Assembly (NCBI RefSeq): GCF_026571515.1
Contig: NW_026852935.1
Span: forward strand, 62,001 to 126,000
Length of the DNA: 64,000 nucleotides
Direction: 5' to 3'
From: Ruditapes philippinarum
Lineage: Eukaryota
Each line of letters starts with the position of its first letter. The first letter of the stretch is position 1. Under the pieces are notes generated by a model. It ran no database searches, had not been told where the DNA came from, and worked only from the letters and a program-made list of their open reading frames with translations. Positions 51,613 to 64,000 of this stretch are shown here, in pieces. Position numbers and translations under genes: made by a program.

Positions 51613-51833
51613 TTTGTATGTTTGTTTGTTTCATTTTACGCCTTTTTCCAACAGTATTTCAGTCATATAGGCGGGTAGTTTCCTTACCATCGTTCCTGGA
51701 GAGTTACACCAGTACTAGACTACCTTCCTCCGCGCTAAACTACCAAAGCATCTCCCGGGGATCGAACCCACGCCAGAGAGGTAACTGGATTAGAAGTCAT
51801 CGACTCTAACCCCTCGACCACGGAGGCGGCTAA
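51613..51833 (-). mobile_element. Full-length tRNA-derived SINE with 13-bp TSD
   Basis: The - strand reads gccgcctccgtggtcgaggggttagagtcg...gggttcgatcccc, ending cgcctatatgactgaaatactgttggaaaaaggcgtaaaatg(aaac)n. TSD AACTTTGACTAAA at 51600-51612 and 51834-51846. Empty site at ~39988. Confidence 0.92.
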
Positions 51834-51959
51834 AACTTTGACTAAAAATGTACGACTGACCTGAAAGGTATTTAAAAGAAAGTATAAAGTCATATAAATA
51901 AGGGAAAAAAGGAAAAGAAAAAATTAAGAAAAAAAAAACACCTTTTATTGGAAAACATT

Positions 51960-54080
51960 TAATGTTGTTAGAAACTTTTATATCCACCAATGTAAAAGCA
52001 ATAACAATAAACCATTTAAATACAAAACATACCTTTAACGTTAACAAGATATAGTGCGTTTTATTGTCAACGTAATGGATATTCGTGTAGCGTGTAAGGG
52101 ATATTGTATGTCAGAGAACAAAGATAAATGGTAAACAAATAGAATTCTAAATAAATTTTCGTCGTATTGAAGGATTGAGTTCAGCTGAAATAGATTACCT
52201 AGACAAGTTATAATAACGTATTTTAACTACTGCTGTTTCAGTAATTCAAACGTTGTCGGCACATTTAATACTTTGATATTAGGCTGATTACTCAATACTT
52301 ATAATAAAATATGACAAAGAAAACAATTAAAAATAATCTGATGCAATATTGTATATCATCTCAGAAACCACTAGGAAACCGTTAACAACAGAACGAATTA
52401 ACTTGACAAAAATGTCACAAACAAAAATGTGTAAACATGGCATTCTTGTCATTCAACCTAGCCTATAAACATTTCAATATCTCAATCAAAATCTATTTCT
52501 GTTCATTTTTGCAATGCTCATTAGAATATCCGTAGCTTAATATGTTTATTCACAGCAGCAAATAATCTTTAAACTTTTTTGTTAAGCATACTTTTTATGG
52601 CTGTAATTTTTTATTTACTTAAAGGTGATTTCAGACGCAAAAAAGACAAATCAACTGTCAAATGCCGGAACAAATAAAATATTTGCTTGTCATTGCAGAA
52701 GAACAAAGCTGTAAAGAAGATCGCATTTTCTTTAACTTTGACATACATCTAAGACTGATGTCTGTTTATACGAGCAAATTATCCATTTTATTGTCTTTTT
52801 CGTTCAAAAGAGCTATTATTTACAAGCGAACACATATGTACTATTTGCCTCTAAACAAATGATGCCTGGAATTGAAGTTAACATTGTTGATCGAATTCCA
52901 TGTCTAAGTTTACTTTAATTTACTTATCCTTGCGTAGGCGAGGTGAAACAGTTTAATATCAAGTACTATTTATGAAAAATGTTTGATCAAAGTTTTAGTT
53001 GTACGGCAGTCAATTGGATACAGCTATTTTACATTTCAGTCGATTGCATCATTAACACTGGATAATGCATAATTCAAGGAATATGTATTCTCAAAAGGTA
53101 CTTTACATTCGAATATTTATTCTTCATTCAGAACAGAAAAAGCTGATTTAACGATCGTTTGACATTTTATATCTTAACATTTCAACCATTAATCATTTGT
53201 ATCATATCATATTTAACTACTTTTTTTTCGATTAGATTAGGTTAAGAATCAACCATAAAAGTAGGTCACATAAGCGTGATAAACGATAGCATTATTTGTG
53301 TACCAGTTATCAAGTCTCAAATCTATTTCAAAGTCCGTAGCATGAGTCGGATGTTTCCGAATGTACTCGGGCAAGATAAATGTAGCTATGTAATATTCAC
53401 AAGTGTTGCTTTACTTTTAAATACTGAGTGATGTTAAAAGCCTTTATAGCCTTTTTATGCAACCTGAACGTCTAGGTATAGAATTCATAGTATATGTGAT
53501 ATTGGCTGTCAAAGATATCTCATTTATGGCTCCATAGTATCTTGTTTGCAGCAGAATAATTATTTCTTATTCAACTGTTAAGATGAATATAGAGGCTCCA
53601 TTTTTTTACATATAAAAGTTTGACACAAGTCTTGACACTTTCAGGGCGTATTTTTTTAAAATAAATTTTTAAAAGTCACATAATTTGAATAAACAGTGCG
53701 CAATTCTAATTGAAATCATACAACGTTGACAATTCGTTTTGAAAACAGATACCGAGAAATACTGACAAGCATTACTTTGTATATGTGAGTGTCAAAATAT
53801 CTGCAAAGGGCACCTGTACCTACTTACAAGAAATAAACATTACCTTTCAGAAAATTAAGTATTTGCCAAATTTTACTTAACTCTCATTTGTATATGTGTA
53901 TTTATTTTCTCTCCTTTCAATACGTCATCCCTCAATTGACATATCCTTCTGTCATAAATATAATGTAAATTTTATTACGTTTTGTATTTCTAATTGCTTG
54001 TTTACATGATTCCCACTACGGTAGGTTTTCATATAAGTTATCATCTAAGCGTATTCCAATGCCTCCATCAATCATTCTTG
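51960..54080. repeat. Large tandem segmental unit, partial copy 4 (more diverged)
   Basis: Matches 29190-32130 and 40050-41850 (e.g. gctgtcaaagatatctcattta, ttcccactac.gtaggttttcatata). Homology ends near 54075. Confidence 0.85.
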
Positions 54081-54729
54081 AAAGCTCTGGTATAGCTCTT
54101 TTATCTGAAAAAGAACACTTTGGCATAATTGTGATATTCTGCAACTCTATTGCTTTTGTAAAAAAAACCCAAAAAACCCTTAAAAATGATAAATATTTAG
54201 AGTGTCTTATTTTATTTCACTGACAGAGACTAAGAAATCAACTAAAAAAACGGCAGAAGCCATTATTCTTTGCGCCAGTAATTTTCAGAGAGAAACTTAT
54301 CATTCTGCGATCCTCGTAAAAATATCCATTTTGGAAGAGATATAATGAAGATAGACGATAGATAGTTTCATAGGCAATATAAATTCATTTGTTTGCCTTT
54401 GGGAAATGTCATACATTTAGGAGTCTTCTTTCAAAATGAACCATGAGAAGTGGTAAGCATGCGCATCCGTACTGTCTGACCTGGATCTATACTGTTATAG
54501 ATATATCACATAATATATTATCTACGACATACCTGGTTATTTTGTTAAGTTGAAAACATCTATTTAAAACTTATGGCACGTGGGAATTGTCAATTTTTCT
54601 TCCTTGACTTGCAAAGAGAATAACAATTTTCACGTACACCTTAAGGCTTGTCGGTGAAAGTATTCTGTCCTAAAACCTTGCTCTAATCACGTTCTTTTAC
54701 AGTTTTTTTTTTTTGGGGGGGGGGGAGGG

Positions 54730-54850
54730 GTTAAGTCGCACCATTGCAAGTAGGTCATATGGCGCCGAAATATGAATGATGATTTTGGCTAACCTTGGGT
54801 TAAACTTAAAGCAACACTAGGGTTTAAAACCACCTAACGTGCTGGAGCTT
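54730..54850 (-). mobile_element. SINE 3' fragment
   Basis: The - strand reads ccaaggttagccaaaatcatcattcatatttcggcgccatatgacctacttgcaatggtgcgacttaacc, the same tail as 5255-5330. Confidence 0.6.
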
Positions 54851-55052
54851 AGAGATGAATAGACTCCGATTATTCAAACCCCATTTTGAATGGTTTTTAT
54901 ACTGGTATTTCAAAATTTATTTAACAAAAGCTGCCAAGAACAAAAATTCTTTGTTTAAAAGAAAAACATTTACATCAATACGCCCAACAGAGCAAGTAGA
55001 AAACAAACTTATCGATATGTTATTTTCATTAAACTCGACCTCACGCAGTTAG

Positions 55053-57340
55053 TCGCCGGAGCAATACATTTTTTTTACCTAAATCTTTTTCAATTTAACA
55101 GTGCAATATCTGCAAATCAATTGGATTATTCTTAAATCGTAGTTTCAATCATTTTAAGCTGAATTATATATCATTTAATTTCGTATTTAATCGTCTGTAA
55201 TCGGACAATTACCTTTCAAATGAAAGTTGAACATTCGAGAGAACTTTGCATCTTGTTACTGGAGTTTCCTACCAAGAAAGGTTTTAGAAAAAAGAGTTGA
55301 TGATTATGAATCTGTTGGGTATATTAAAATCTATACCCACTGTATGTATTAAATTTCCCTTCACCTGCTGGCCGACCAATCAATTATCTTCAAAAGCTAA
55401 AAACGTGTAACACTTGGTTGGTAAAATATAAACTCTTTACTGATCTGTACTTCTTTAATTATTTTGTGAGTTAACCAGCTTTTTTGTAACTGGTTCTTCT
55501 GCCTTGAATTTGGAACGGTGGAAGGAATTTTAATATAAAAGCACAAAAAGGTTAGCTATCAACAGTATAAAGTATGGTCGGACTGAACGAATGCTTTATA
55601 TAGAATTTAGAAGGTTAAGGGTACAATTTACAATTTTGTTTTATTCTTTGAATATATATTTTTTTTTAATTCTACGCGCAAAATCCCAAACAGAGAATGT
55701 TCGTCTATCAAATTTAAATTGATCTTGAAATATTTTATAACAGAAGTTTATTGAATATTCAACACCTTTGCAACATAAGTCAAAAAGCAGCAAACTATGT
55801 ATTACGTTTAACGTATTTTTGATTCTAAAACTTATTGTCGGTTTGTCTACAAATCAAATTCAACTTGAAACAAAGGTGCAAAACTTATAACACTGTCTTT
55901 CCAATTGGCAAGCTAATAATCTATTTTCCATATATAAGTATCTTTATTTGCAATATATCTTTTCCAAAACTGCTATTTTTTAAAAATTTTCAGAAGAGTC
56001 TCAAAATGTTTTGCTTGAAAATAAATGATGAAAGAGTAACAGCATAAATTGATGTCTTTGTTGATTTGATAGTTATCACAGCTGATGAATTTCTATGATA
56101 AAACATTGTTAGCTTCACAATGACAGTGAAATGAATAATAGTTTTATTTGAACGCTGTTAATAGTATAACAAGGCAGTTGCAGAAAATCGCCGGAGCAAT
56201 ACATTTTTACATAAATCTTTTTCAATTAATGTTATATCTGCAAACCAATTGGATTATTCTGGAATCGTAGTCTCAATCATCCCAAGCTAAATTATATATC
56301 ATTCCATTCCGGATTTAATCGTCTGTAATCGGAAAATTACCTTTCAAATAAAAGTTTAACATAGGGACGATTTTCCCAAAGGTTTTTAAAAAAAAGATTT
56401 GGATAAATTTCGGGTTGGATACATTTAAGTCTTATACCTTTTTGTTAGTTACAACTTTTTATTTTAAAACCCTTTTCCCTTTTCCCCCGCTCGCCGCCCC
56501 CAATCAATTATTTTTAAAAAACAAAAAAATTTTTAAAACACTTAGGGTTTTGGAAAAATTAAACTATTTTCTTTATCTGTATGCTTTTATTGGTTTGGAG
56601 TTAACCCTTTAAAAGCAGTATTTTTGTTACTGGTTCACCTGCCTTGAATTAGGAACGTTTGAAAGGATTTCAATATCAAAATACAAAATGGTTAGCTACC
56701 AACAGTATATAGCATGGTCGAACTGAACGAATGTTCTGGCAAGCTTTTAGAAAGTTAAGAGTACAATTTAATTAAATAATTCAATTTTTCGCCTAAGTTA
56801 GGGTTTAATGAAATATTTTGGTAATATTGACTTCAATTTTGTTGTATTCTTTTAATATATTTTAAGGAAGTTCTACGACCAAAACCCCAAACAGAGAATG
56901 TTCTTCTATCAAATCTTAATTGATCTTCAAATATGTTATCACAGAAGTTTATTGAAAATTCAATACCATTGCAACATACGTCAAAAAACAACATAACTAT
57001 GTAATTATGAAACAAAGGTTCAAACCGTATTAAATTGGCTTTCCAATTGGCAAGCTAATACATTATTTTCTATATGTAAGTATTTTTATTTCAATATCTC
57101 TTCTTTAAAACGGTTATTTTCTATTTTTCACATGAGTCCCAAAATGTTTTACTTAAACATAAATCATTCAAACAGTAAATGTATAAATTTGTTAGCATAA
57201 ATTGATGTCTTTGCTAATTTGAAAGTTATCACAGCTTTTGAGGATTTTCTATGATGAAATATTGTTATCGTTACAATAACAGTATAGATAATAGTTTTAA
57301 TTGAACGCTGTCAATAGTATTATAAGGCAGTTGCAGAATA
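55053..57340. repeat. Direct tandem duplication of a ~1.14-kb segment (55053-56187 and 56188-57340)
   Basis: Both copies start tcgccggagcaatacatttt and end aaggcagttgcagaa, and are colinear throughout. Confidence 0.9.
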
Positions 57341-57615
57341 TCAAGTACATCTTTACTGATCTGTTATAACAAAATTAGATATACCAAAACTTCCAAAAAT
57401 GATGTTTGAAAGCATTGATTTCCGCTAAAATATCAAGTAAATGAAAACTAACGTTGATGAAATATATTCACACAATATCAAATAATGTGTGTGTTAAGGA
57501 AGGGTATGCCCTTTACAAACTCCTGCGTTGAAGAAGATAAAATAAATATTTGTTCTCGACATTTTTGTCCTTTTTGGTATATAAATTTTGGAAATATTTG
57601 CAATTTTTATATTGG

Positions 57616-58400
57616 TTTGTTTGTTTGTTTGTTTGGATTTTTACGGCACGTCAACACATAACTGGCCATATCGTGCCGAATGCTATAATAGGCTTAAAAT
57701 ATTATGTAAAACATTGTAAATGACAATAAAAATGAGTCAATTAGATCCTAGAATACAAGTTTATCTCTTTTAAATAATCAATTATGTTTTTTGATGGAAT
57801 TTTATTAAAAAGTTCTTTGAGTGAATTTACAGAATAAAATCTATTACGGGCCTGTGAAAAATCATGACATTCAAGAAGAAAATGCTTGACGGTAAAATTT
57901 TCATTACAACCTACACAGAAAGGGGCATTGTCATTTGTGAGGAGATAAGAGTGGGTAATTTTAGTGTGTCCAATTCGGCATCGAAGTAGAACTGTTTGAT
58001 CACGGCGGTTTGACAGAGATAGAGATGGTGACATATCAAGAGATGGGTTTATATCGTGAAGTTTATTAAAAAAGGCATTGTCCCAATTTGCTTTCCATTC
58101 AGATGATACGAGTTTATTTATAGCCGGTCTAAAATCACAAGCAGGTAACAATAAGTCAGTTTTTTGAAAATTTAATGATTGTTTAGCTAAAGCATCTACT
58201 TTTTCATTTCCTCGTATTCCTACATGGCTTGGAATCCAATATAATTTAACATATTTTGTTTTAAGTATATCATGAAATCGCAAAAGAAGTTTCTTTACCA
58301 TGATATTGTCAGATTTTTTATTTTTAATGGATATTAAAACAGAAAGCGAGTCAGAAAATATCACAAATTTATCGTGGGTATGCTGTGCTATGTATGACAA
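57616..58400 (-). mobile_element. 5'-truncated non-LTR retrotransposon, I superfamily (Nimb/I-like)
   Basis: Contains the ORF2 C-terminus, a 3' UTR with cggcacg...cgtgccg stem-loop and an (AAAC)n tail. 11-bp TSD TTTTATATTGG at 57605-57615 and 58401-58411. Confidence 0.93.
57741..58400 (-). pseudogene. LINE ORF2 fragment: RNase H C-terminal part and CCHC zinc knuckle
   Basis: FVIFSDSLSVL and WIPSHVGIRGNEKVDALAK (RNase H), RCRIGH, CVGC...TVKHFLLEC. The frame is stop-free but has no start, being truncated at the TSD. Confidence 0.93.
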
Positions 58401-61400
58401 TTTTATATTGGAAACAAATTATGACACTAGTAGAACAATGAACGTTGAAAGTTCTTCCATTGAAATCGTGTAAATTTTAGGCAAATATTAATCTTTCTTC
58501 ATAATTTATATAAGTAGAAACACAATACACAATTCACTTATACCTAGCCTAATGTTTGAACACACAAACATTATTATGCTTCAAACATCGTTTTACAAAA
58601 CTATGATTATAGTAAAATGAAGACTATTAAAGGTCGCAACATATGTTATAATTGAATACAAAATGTTTCAGACTTATTTTAATGACCTTTCCATAGACCC
58701 AAATTTTTAATTTCAAAGTTAAATTTTCTTAATGCTTTAGAAAAAAGTTGCAGTTTAAGTATTTTTTTTTCTTAACTTCTATCTTTATTTGTAATTGATC
58801 CCATATTTACATCAAAACACTTAAATATTTTTATGCAAACATAGTAATTGACAAAAAAGAGTAATAACAACGTCATATAAATATCAAGTATATAATGTAT
58901 GTATAAAGTCAATAAGGAAATGCAACGGGTTTTACTTTTTCTATGATCAATCTGCATTACATAATGCATATCATTTTATCCGATTTACTAGCATACTACA
59001 GAACGCAATTATTCAGTAGAATAGTGAATTATAATTCACGAATTCCGTTTAAATGCACGATCTACTGGTTTATAAACAATTTATAAGACTTCATACTTAA
59101 CCGAATTTACAATTCAAGTGCAGTGAACATGCAGAAATCATATTAGGTTATTGACATTTAGAAATTATTTTTACAGGAATGGATCACAAATAATTATCTT
59201 AAATTGTAATGGAAAATAATTCAAGAGAGAAAATCATGCACAATTCATTGTACACGCCTTTTCTGTCGGTTTAAACATCTATGATATGCCATCAACGTCT
59301 AGGGAAATTCTGATTCGTGTCATTTGTAGAACAATAATTAATACTCCGCTTACTTTAGAAATAAGCTTTTTACTGCATCATTAGAAAAAGTAATTATAAA
59401 GAAATCGACTTGACAAGAAGCTGCAATGCCAAATGTATAACCTATTTAGGTTTCGTCAAGTAAAAGAAATCTCACGAATGTGTTGTGCGAGTGGGCATTA
59501 TATTTGCCCATGATTTTAAAGCTACACGTCTGCAGAAAGGTTATCAATGATTTAAAAGAAAAAAATTAAGGCAATGACTTTTTTCCCATTATTATTTTGT
59601 TAATCCCTTTACAAATAGACTTACTCTGGATTTAAGAATAGTTTGGGTTTTTCCAGCTTATCCGTAGATACAAATGAATTTTTGCAGTTAAAGCTCCTGA
59701 ATATAAGCACTGCAGGTTGACGATTCTATTATGACGGGTAGTGCACCGTGAAGCTGTAACGGTAAAAAGTTTGTTTGTACCTACAGATTAGCTGGGGAAA
59801 CCCACATTTGCCGAGTTCCGACTAACATCTATTGAACAATACAGATTTATTTTGGAGATTTCGGCACTTTCGGGTACAAAAGTAGTAAGAGTCTTTTACA
59901 AACACAAATCATGTTATTAAGTTTAATGTAAAAGTTTGGAGAACCTTATATAATCATAATACACTTTATATAATTGTTCTAGTTATCTCGTGATTTTCCT
60001 AAAATTAGGTTGTTTCGAATGGGTTTACCTTAAACAAAGCGTGATGCAGTGGTATATATGATATGTTTCGAAATATTTTGTGAAGCCATACATTCTATAT
60101 AAACCCATTAACATATCTGGTTTCATTTGATTCACGAATATGATTTTCTAGGGGCAAAAAGTATTTTGTGAGTCTTTTAGTAGTGTATCGTTTAATATAC
60201 GAAGTGATAAACATCATTTTACACTAGCAATGAGTAATCGCACATGTTGCATGGTAAAAAGAAATGTTTTCCTAGGTCTGTGTTTAACATAGCGAACAAG
60301 TATATTAGTCATCAACAAACTTTGTTTCAGAAAGGCAAATTTACAAATATCCTAAAACCTGGTGATATTATACATGTATATAACCGAATATGCCTTGAAA
60401 ATACTAGTTATGATTCAATGTCGACAGTTAGGTTCCATGTCGACAGTTAAGTTCCATATCTCTGATATTAACACAATAATTATAGCAGAAATGCTTATCT
60501 ATAACCAAAATAACACATTTTATTACATTTAGAAAACATCAATAAAGAAACAATCTGTTATCAAATACATTAAAAACATAAAGATACAATTTTGTTTATT
60601 TATGTTGTAGTAAATAAGTAATAAATCCTCGCTCTCGAATCATGATACTATTACGTAAAATTACCATAATAATACGTCATTTCAAAACCCTGAATTTTGG
60701 AAAAAAACATATTTGTCACAAAAAGAAATGGTTTCCATATCGGTGCTCATACATTTCCCATGCCCTCAAATGTAGTGTTATGAAGCCTTAATGCATAATC
60801 GATAAGACATTGTCTCAATTATTTGACTACCTTTTGAAGTATCTAATTTCTGTCTGCAACTGGGAATGCAACTTTAACAATTACAGTCTACATCTTACTC
60901 AGCTGGTGATTTGCGCTAAATATACCATAAAACTGTCTCTGAAAAGGCGTTATTAGTCCAATATATTGCACACGTACCTATAAGTTTGAATTTTTCTTTG
61001 CACCAATTCTTTCAGGGGAAACAAGATAGATCGCCTTTTCGAAACGGTAAATTTCAAAACATCTGCGAAAGATCAGAAAGATAATGTATCACGTTTTAAT
61101 CATTTGTTTGTTATGCATTGTTTTATGTCAGCAGTCGTTTTTTAGGAGAGTTGTTTTTATTGTTGTTAAGTCTTCTTTTTGAATATTATAAGATACTTGT
61201 TTTTCATTTCTTTTGTTATTTGAATTTTTTTTAAATTATATATTAACGTGAAAATATTTTCGTAGGTTATTTTGACATAATAAATCATATGTACGGAACG
61301 TCACTTACACAAAACAATAAATTTCGTCACAGCATACCTGTTTTTGTTATCAGACAATGATTTTGTCCCAATACTATTCTTAATTGATATGTAATAATGA

Positions 61401-64000
61401 TTTGGAACTAAAATCTTTCCTTTGAGAATCTGATTTCGTTAGGCATACATTTTATTCATTTTCTTTTTATTACTTTACATACTTACATTAATAAGACTGA
61501 CTTTAATTACATTTATTTTTATTTTTGCGAAATACACTTCGATAGATAACCAATGGCGGGTCCATTCAAGCAGGTTGTTATGTTATACACCGGCCAAGAA
61601 CAAGTTTGCATACTATCATATCTTTACTTGCTATGCTGCACCCTTTTTTATGTCTTTGTAAAGATGTTTGCGTTATGCCTCGATGAAATTCATGCACCTA
61701 ACATACAAGAATGTCAAGAATTGTTTTTTATAGTAACAACTGTAAATAATAATTATTTTTATTTTTGAACAGTTTAGATAACCACCGTGTGTGGTAAAAT
61801 ATATTAAATATCTAAAAAAAAAAAGAGGCCAGACGATGAGACAATTACAAAATACCAAACGTATTTTATTACATTTATATTGTGATTGTTATTAAATATC
61901 ATAAAATAAATTTATACTTTAAAGTATTTTGCTATTACTGCAACTTATTTGCAAAAAATGTTTTGGAATAATCAAGAAAAAAATATCAAGAGGTTTTTTA
62001 AAAAGAAATATTGCAGCTTATTCGATAATGTTTGCTATAAGATAATATTTCAGTACACAGTCTCTATGTCAGCTACTTGAACAACTTTGCATAGATATTC
62101 AACATATTCCAACCTTTTTGCAAAAGAAATAAAATGTGTCTTTTATTTACTTGAGGACGTTCTACCGTTAAATTGATAATTGTGTTGTTAAACGATCACG
62201 TGCTATACATGTACATTTAGTTTTATAACTCCTGATTACCTGCAAATACAAGTATTGCTTTGATTAATTGTATTGTTTGAACATCAGAATCTGTTCAATA
62301 CGTGAGTTCAAGCAGATATCAATTTTCCTCTGTTAACATTCTATTGTATTTACTCCAAAGACATAAACCTTAACTCCTATCACCCTCGATGGATCTGGTA
62401 TTTGCCTTAAGTATTCCAATAGCAATAATAAAAAAGAATAGAATCATGCACTGAATTTGAAATCGAACAAAACATGCAGTTACGTTGCATTAATCGCCAT
62501 ATAAATTAGAGTTTCGTCTTAATTTGTATGGAAATAATTGTCATTCGTATGCAGCTGATACATAAAAAAAACATTCTATTTATCTAACCATGCATTAGAT
62601 TTATCCCACATTGAACGGATGCTATATCTCTTTCCTTAAAAATGAAGACTAGTCCGCTTAATTTTTAGGTTTCTCTTTGCATGAGGAAAACATTTAAAGA
62701 ATAAATTATGTGATGAAGCTAAATAAACCAATTGACCAAATTCCGTATATCAACGATCTTTGCCAAAGGCATTTTAAGTGTTTATCAAGTTTTTTTTAAA
62801 TAATCAAATAATAGTAAACAGGAAACAAGCTAATCATCCAAAATAAAGTGCAAAAAGCTTAAATAACAAATTTTGGTTTGCTAAGATATTTAAAAAGAAA
62901 CAAGCATATAGCGCTACGAATAGATAAACTTAAAGTACTAATGCTCTTAGCATATATAATATATCTTAAAATCTGAAAGCTATTTAAATCCCAAGCATAT
63001 AATGTTTTAATAATTATTATGCATTTATATGATATGTTGTCTCCAAATAGTTTAAGGAAAGAACTGTCGAATAATTTCCCCTTGGACATTCAAAGCAATT
63101 AACTTTTCAGTTCTATACAATTGAAGACAGACACTTAGTTCAACAAGTTTCGCGAGTGCACATCAGTCAGACCTAAACAGTATATTAATCTCAGATCGTT
63201 TCTATTTCTGTTTCTATGAAATTAAAACTATATGAGCGCCTGTCTCTTGATTTTTCTGTAACCAGACAACTATTAATCTGTTAGTGTGTCATCTGTAACT
63301 AAACGTTCTAGGTCTGCGAAATAGGACTGGCGATTTGTTCATAAAGTATATACATTCTTTCGGAGCTAAAGATTAAAACACTCATTGAGATTTCTCATGG
63401 TATGTATGTTTTTTTTGATCGCTGATTTCTTCTCTTTGTATATGAAGTGTATAAAATTTTATATAAAAACAAAGCATTTCATGGGGACAACTGTACAAAC
63501 ACCATTGTCTGATTCCGTTGCAGATAATCTGGAGGTTCTTCTTTACAGCAAAACAGCAATAAAGCTTTGACCCGAGGGAAAAGGAGATTGAGATTTCCAT
63601 GTGTCATGGTCTTTTAACTTCAAAACTTGGATTAGAAAGGGAGTAAATTTTTTAGTAATTTATTTAGACCTCTCTTTATTCTCCCAATTGATTTGTTATA
63701 TTCGTCAATAACATTGTTAATAAAACAGAAAACCATAAAATACCAGAAAGCAATGTTTGCAATATTGTTTTGATGACATTTCAATTGTAAACGTTTTGCT
63801 CTTTTTTCTCCTCTGATGTTCTTTCAACGTTGTCTTAGTTCTCTTTTTTTCAATACTGAATACACTCCAAAATGCACTTTTAAAGTTTGAGAAGATAGCA
63901 AGTTTAAGTCCGCGCTTAAGCTTGCACTGTGGTGACAGCAAACGTTTCTAACACGTTACAGATAGAAAAAAAATTCTAAAGGAATTAGGATTTTAGATAG

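Larger units (their letters stand above)
40050..51960. repeat. Large tandem segmental unit, copy 3 (~11.9 kb, enlarged by insertions)
   Basis: Colinear with copies 1 and 2. Carries private insertions at 44915-46450, 47816-48410 and 51613-51833. Confidence 0.9.

Noticed and set aside
58420-64000. Short ORFs and possible exons at 59650-59880, 60244, 61553 and 63382-63941
   Set aside because: They have low-complexity AT-rich composition, stops in the candidate exon frames and no recognisable motif. Treated as ordinary non-coding DNA.

Overview
AT-rich eukaryotic genomic DNA. The repeat content points to a bivalve mollusc, probably a venerid-type clam; this is inferred from HINE/Helentron elements with GTCC microsatellites and internal satellite arrays, Nin/Deu-type tRNA SINEs and TA-target MITEs. 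Almost all ORFs in the supplied track are chance ORFs. Main contents: (1) A spliced gene on the + strand at about 10.7-13.1 kb that the ORF track only partly shows. It encodes a ~139-aa protein with a hydrophobic N-terminus, an Ile-rich coiled coil, CxxC, one TM helix and a short tail. Its intron holds a possible 195-nt cassette exon with one in-frame TGA, which would give a TM-less isoform. (2) A ~35-kb array of about 3.2 copies of a ~11-kb segmental unit (18.8-54.1 kb). The unit is built from older sub-repeats, the middle copy is mosaic, and several copy-specific TE insertions have their empty sites visible in sister copies. (3) Many non-autonomous elements, including a chimeric HINE with two different satellite arrays. 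(4) A 5'-truncated I-superfamily LINE (RNase H plus CCHC knuckle) with a TSD, whose 3' stem-loop resembles those of SINEs in the same window. All alignments were done by eye, so boundaries of diverged repeats are approximate.
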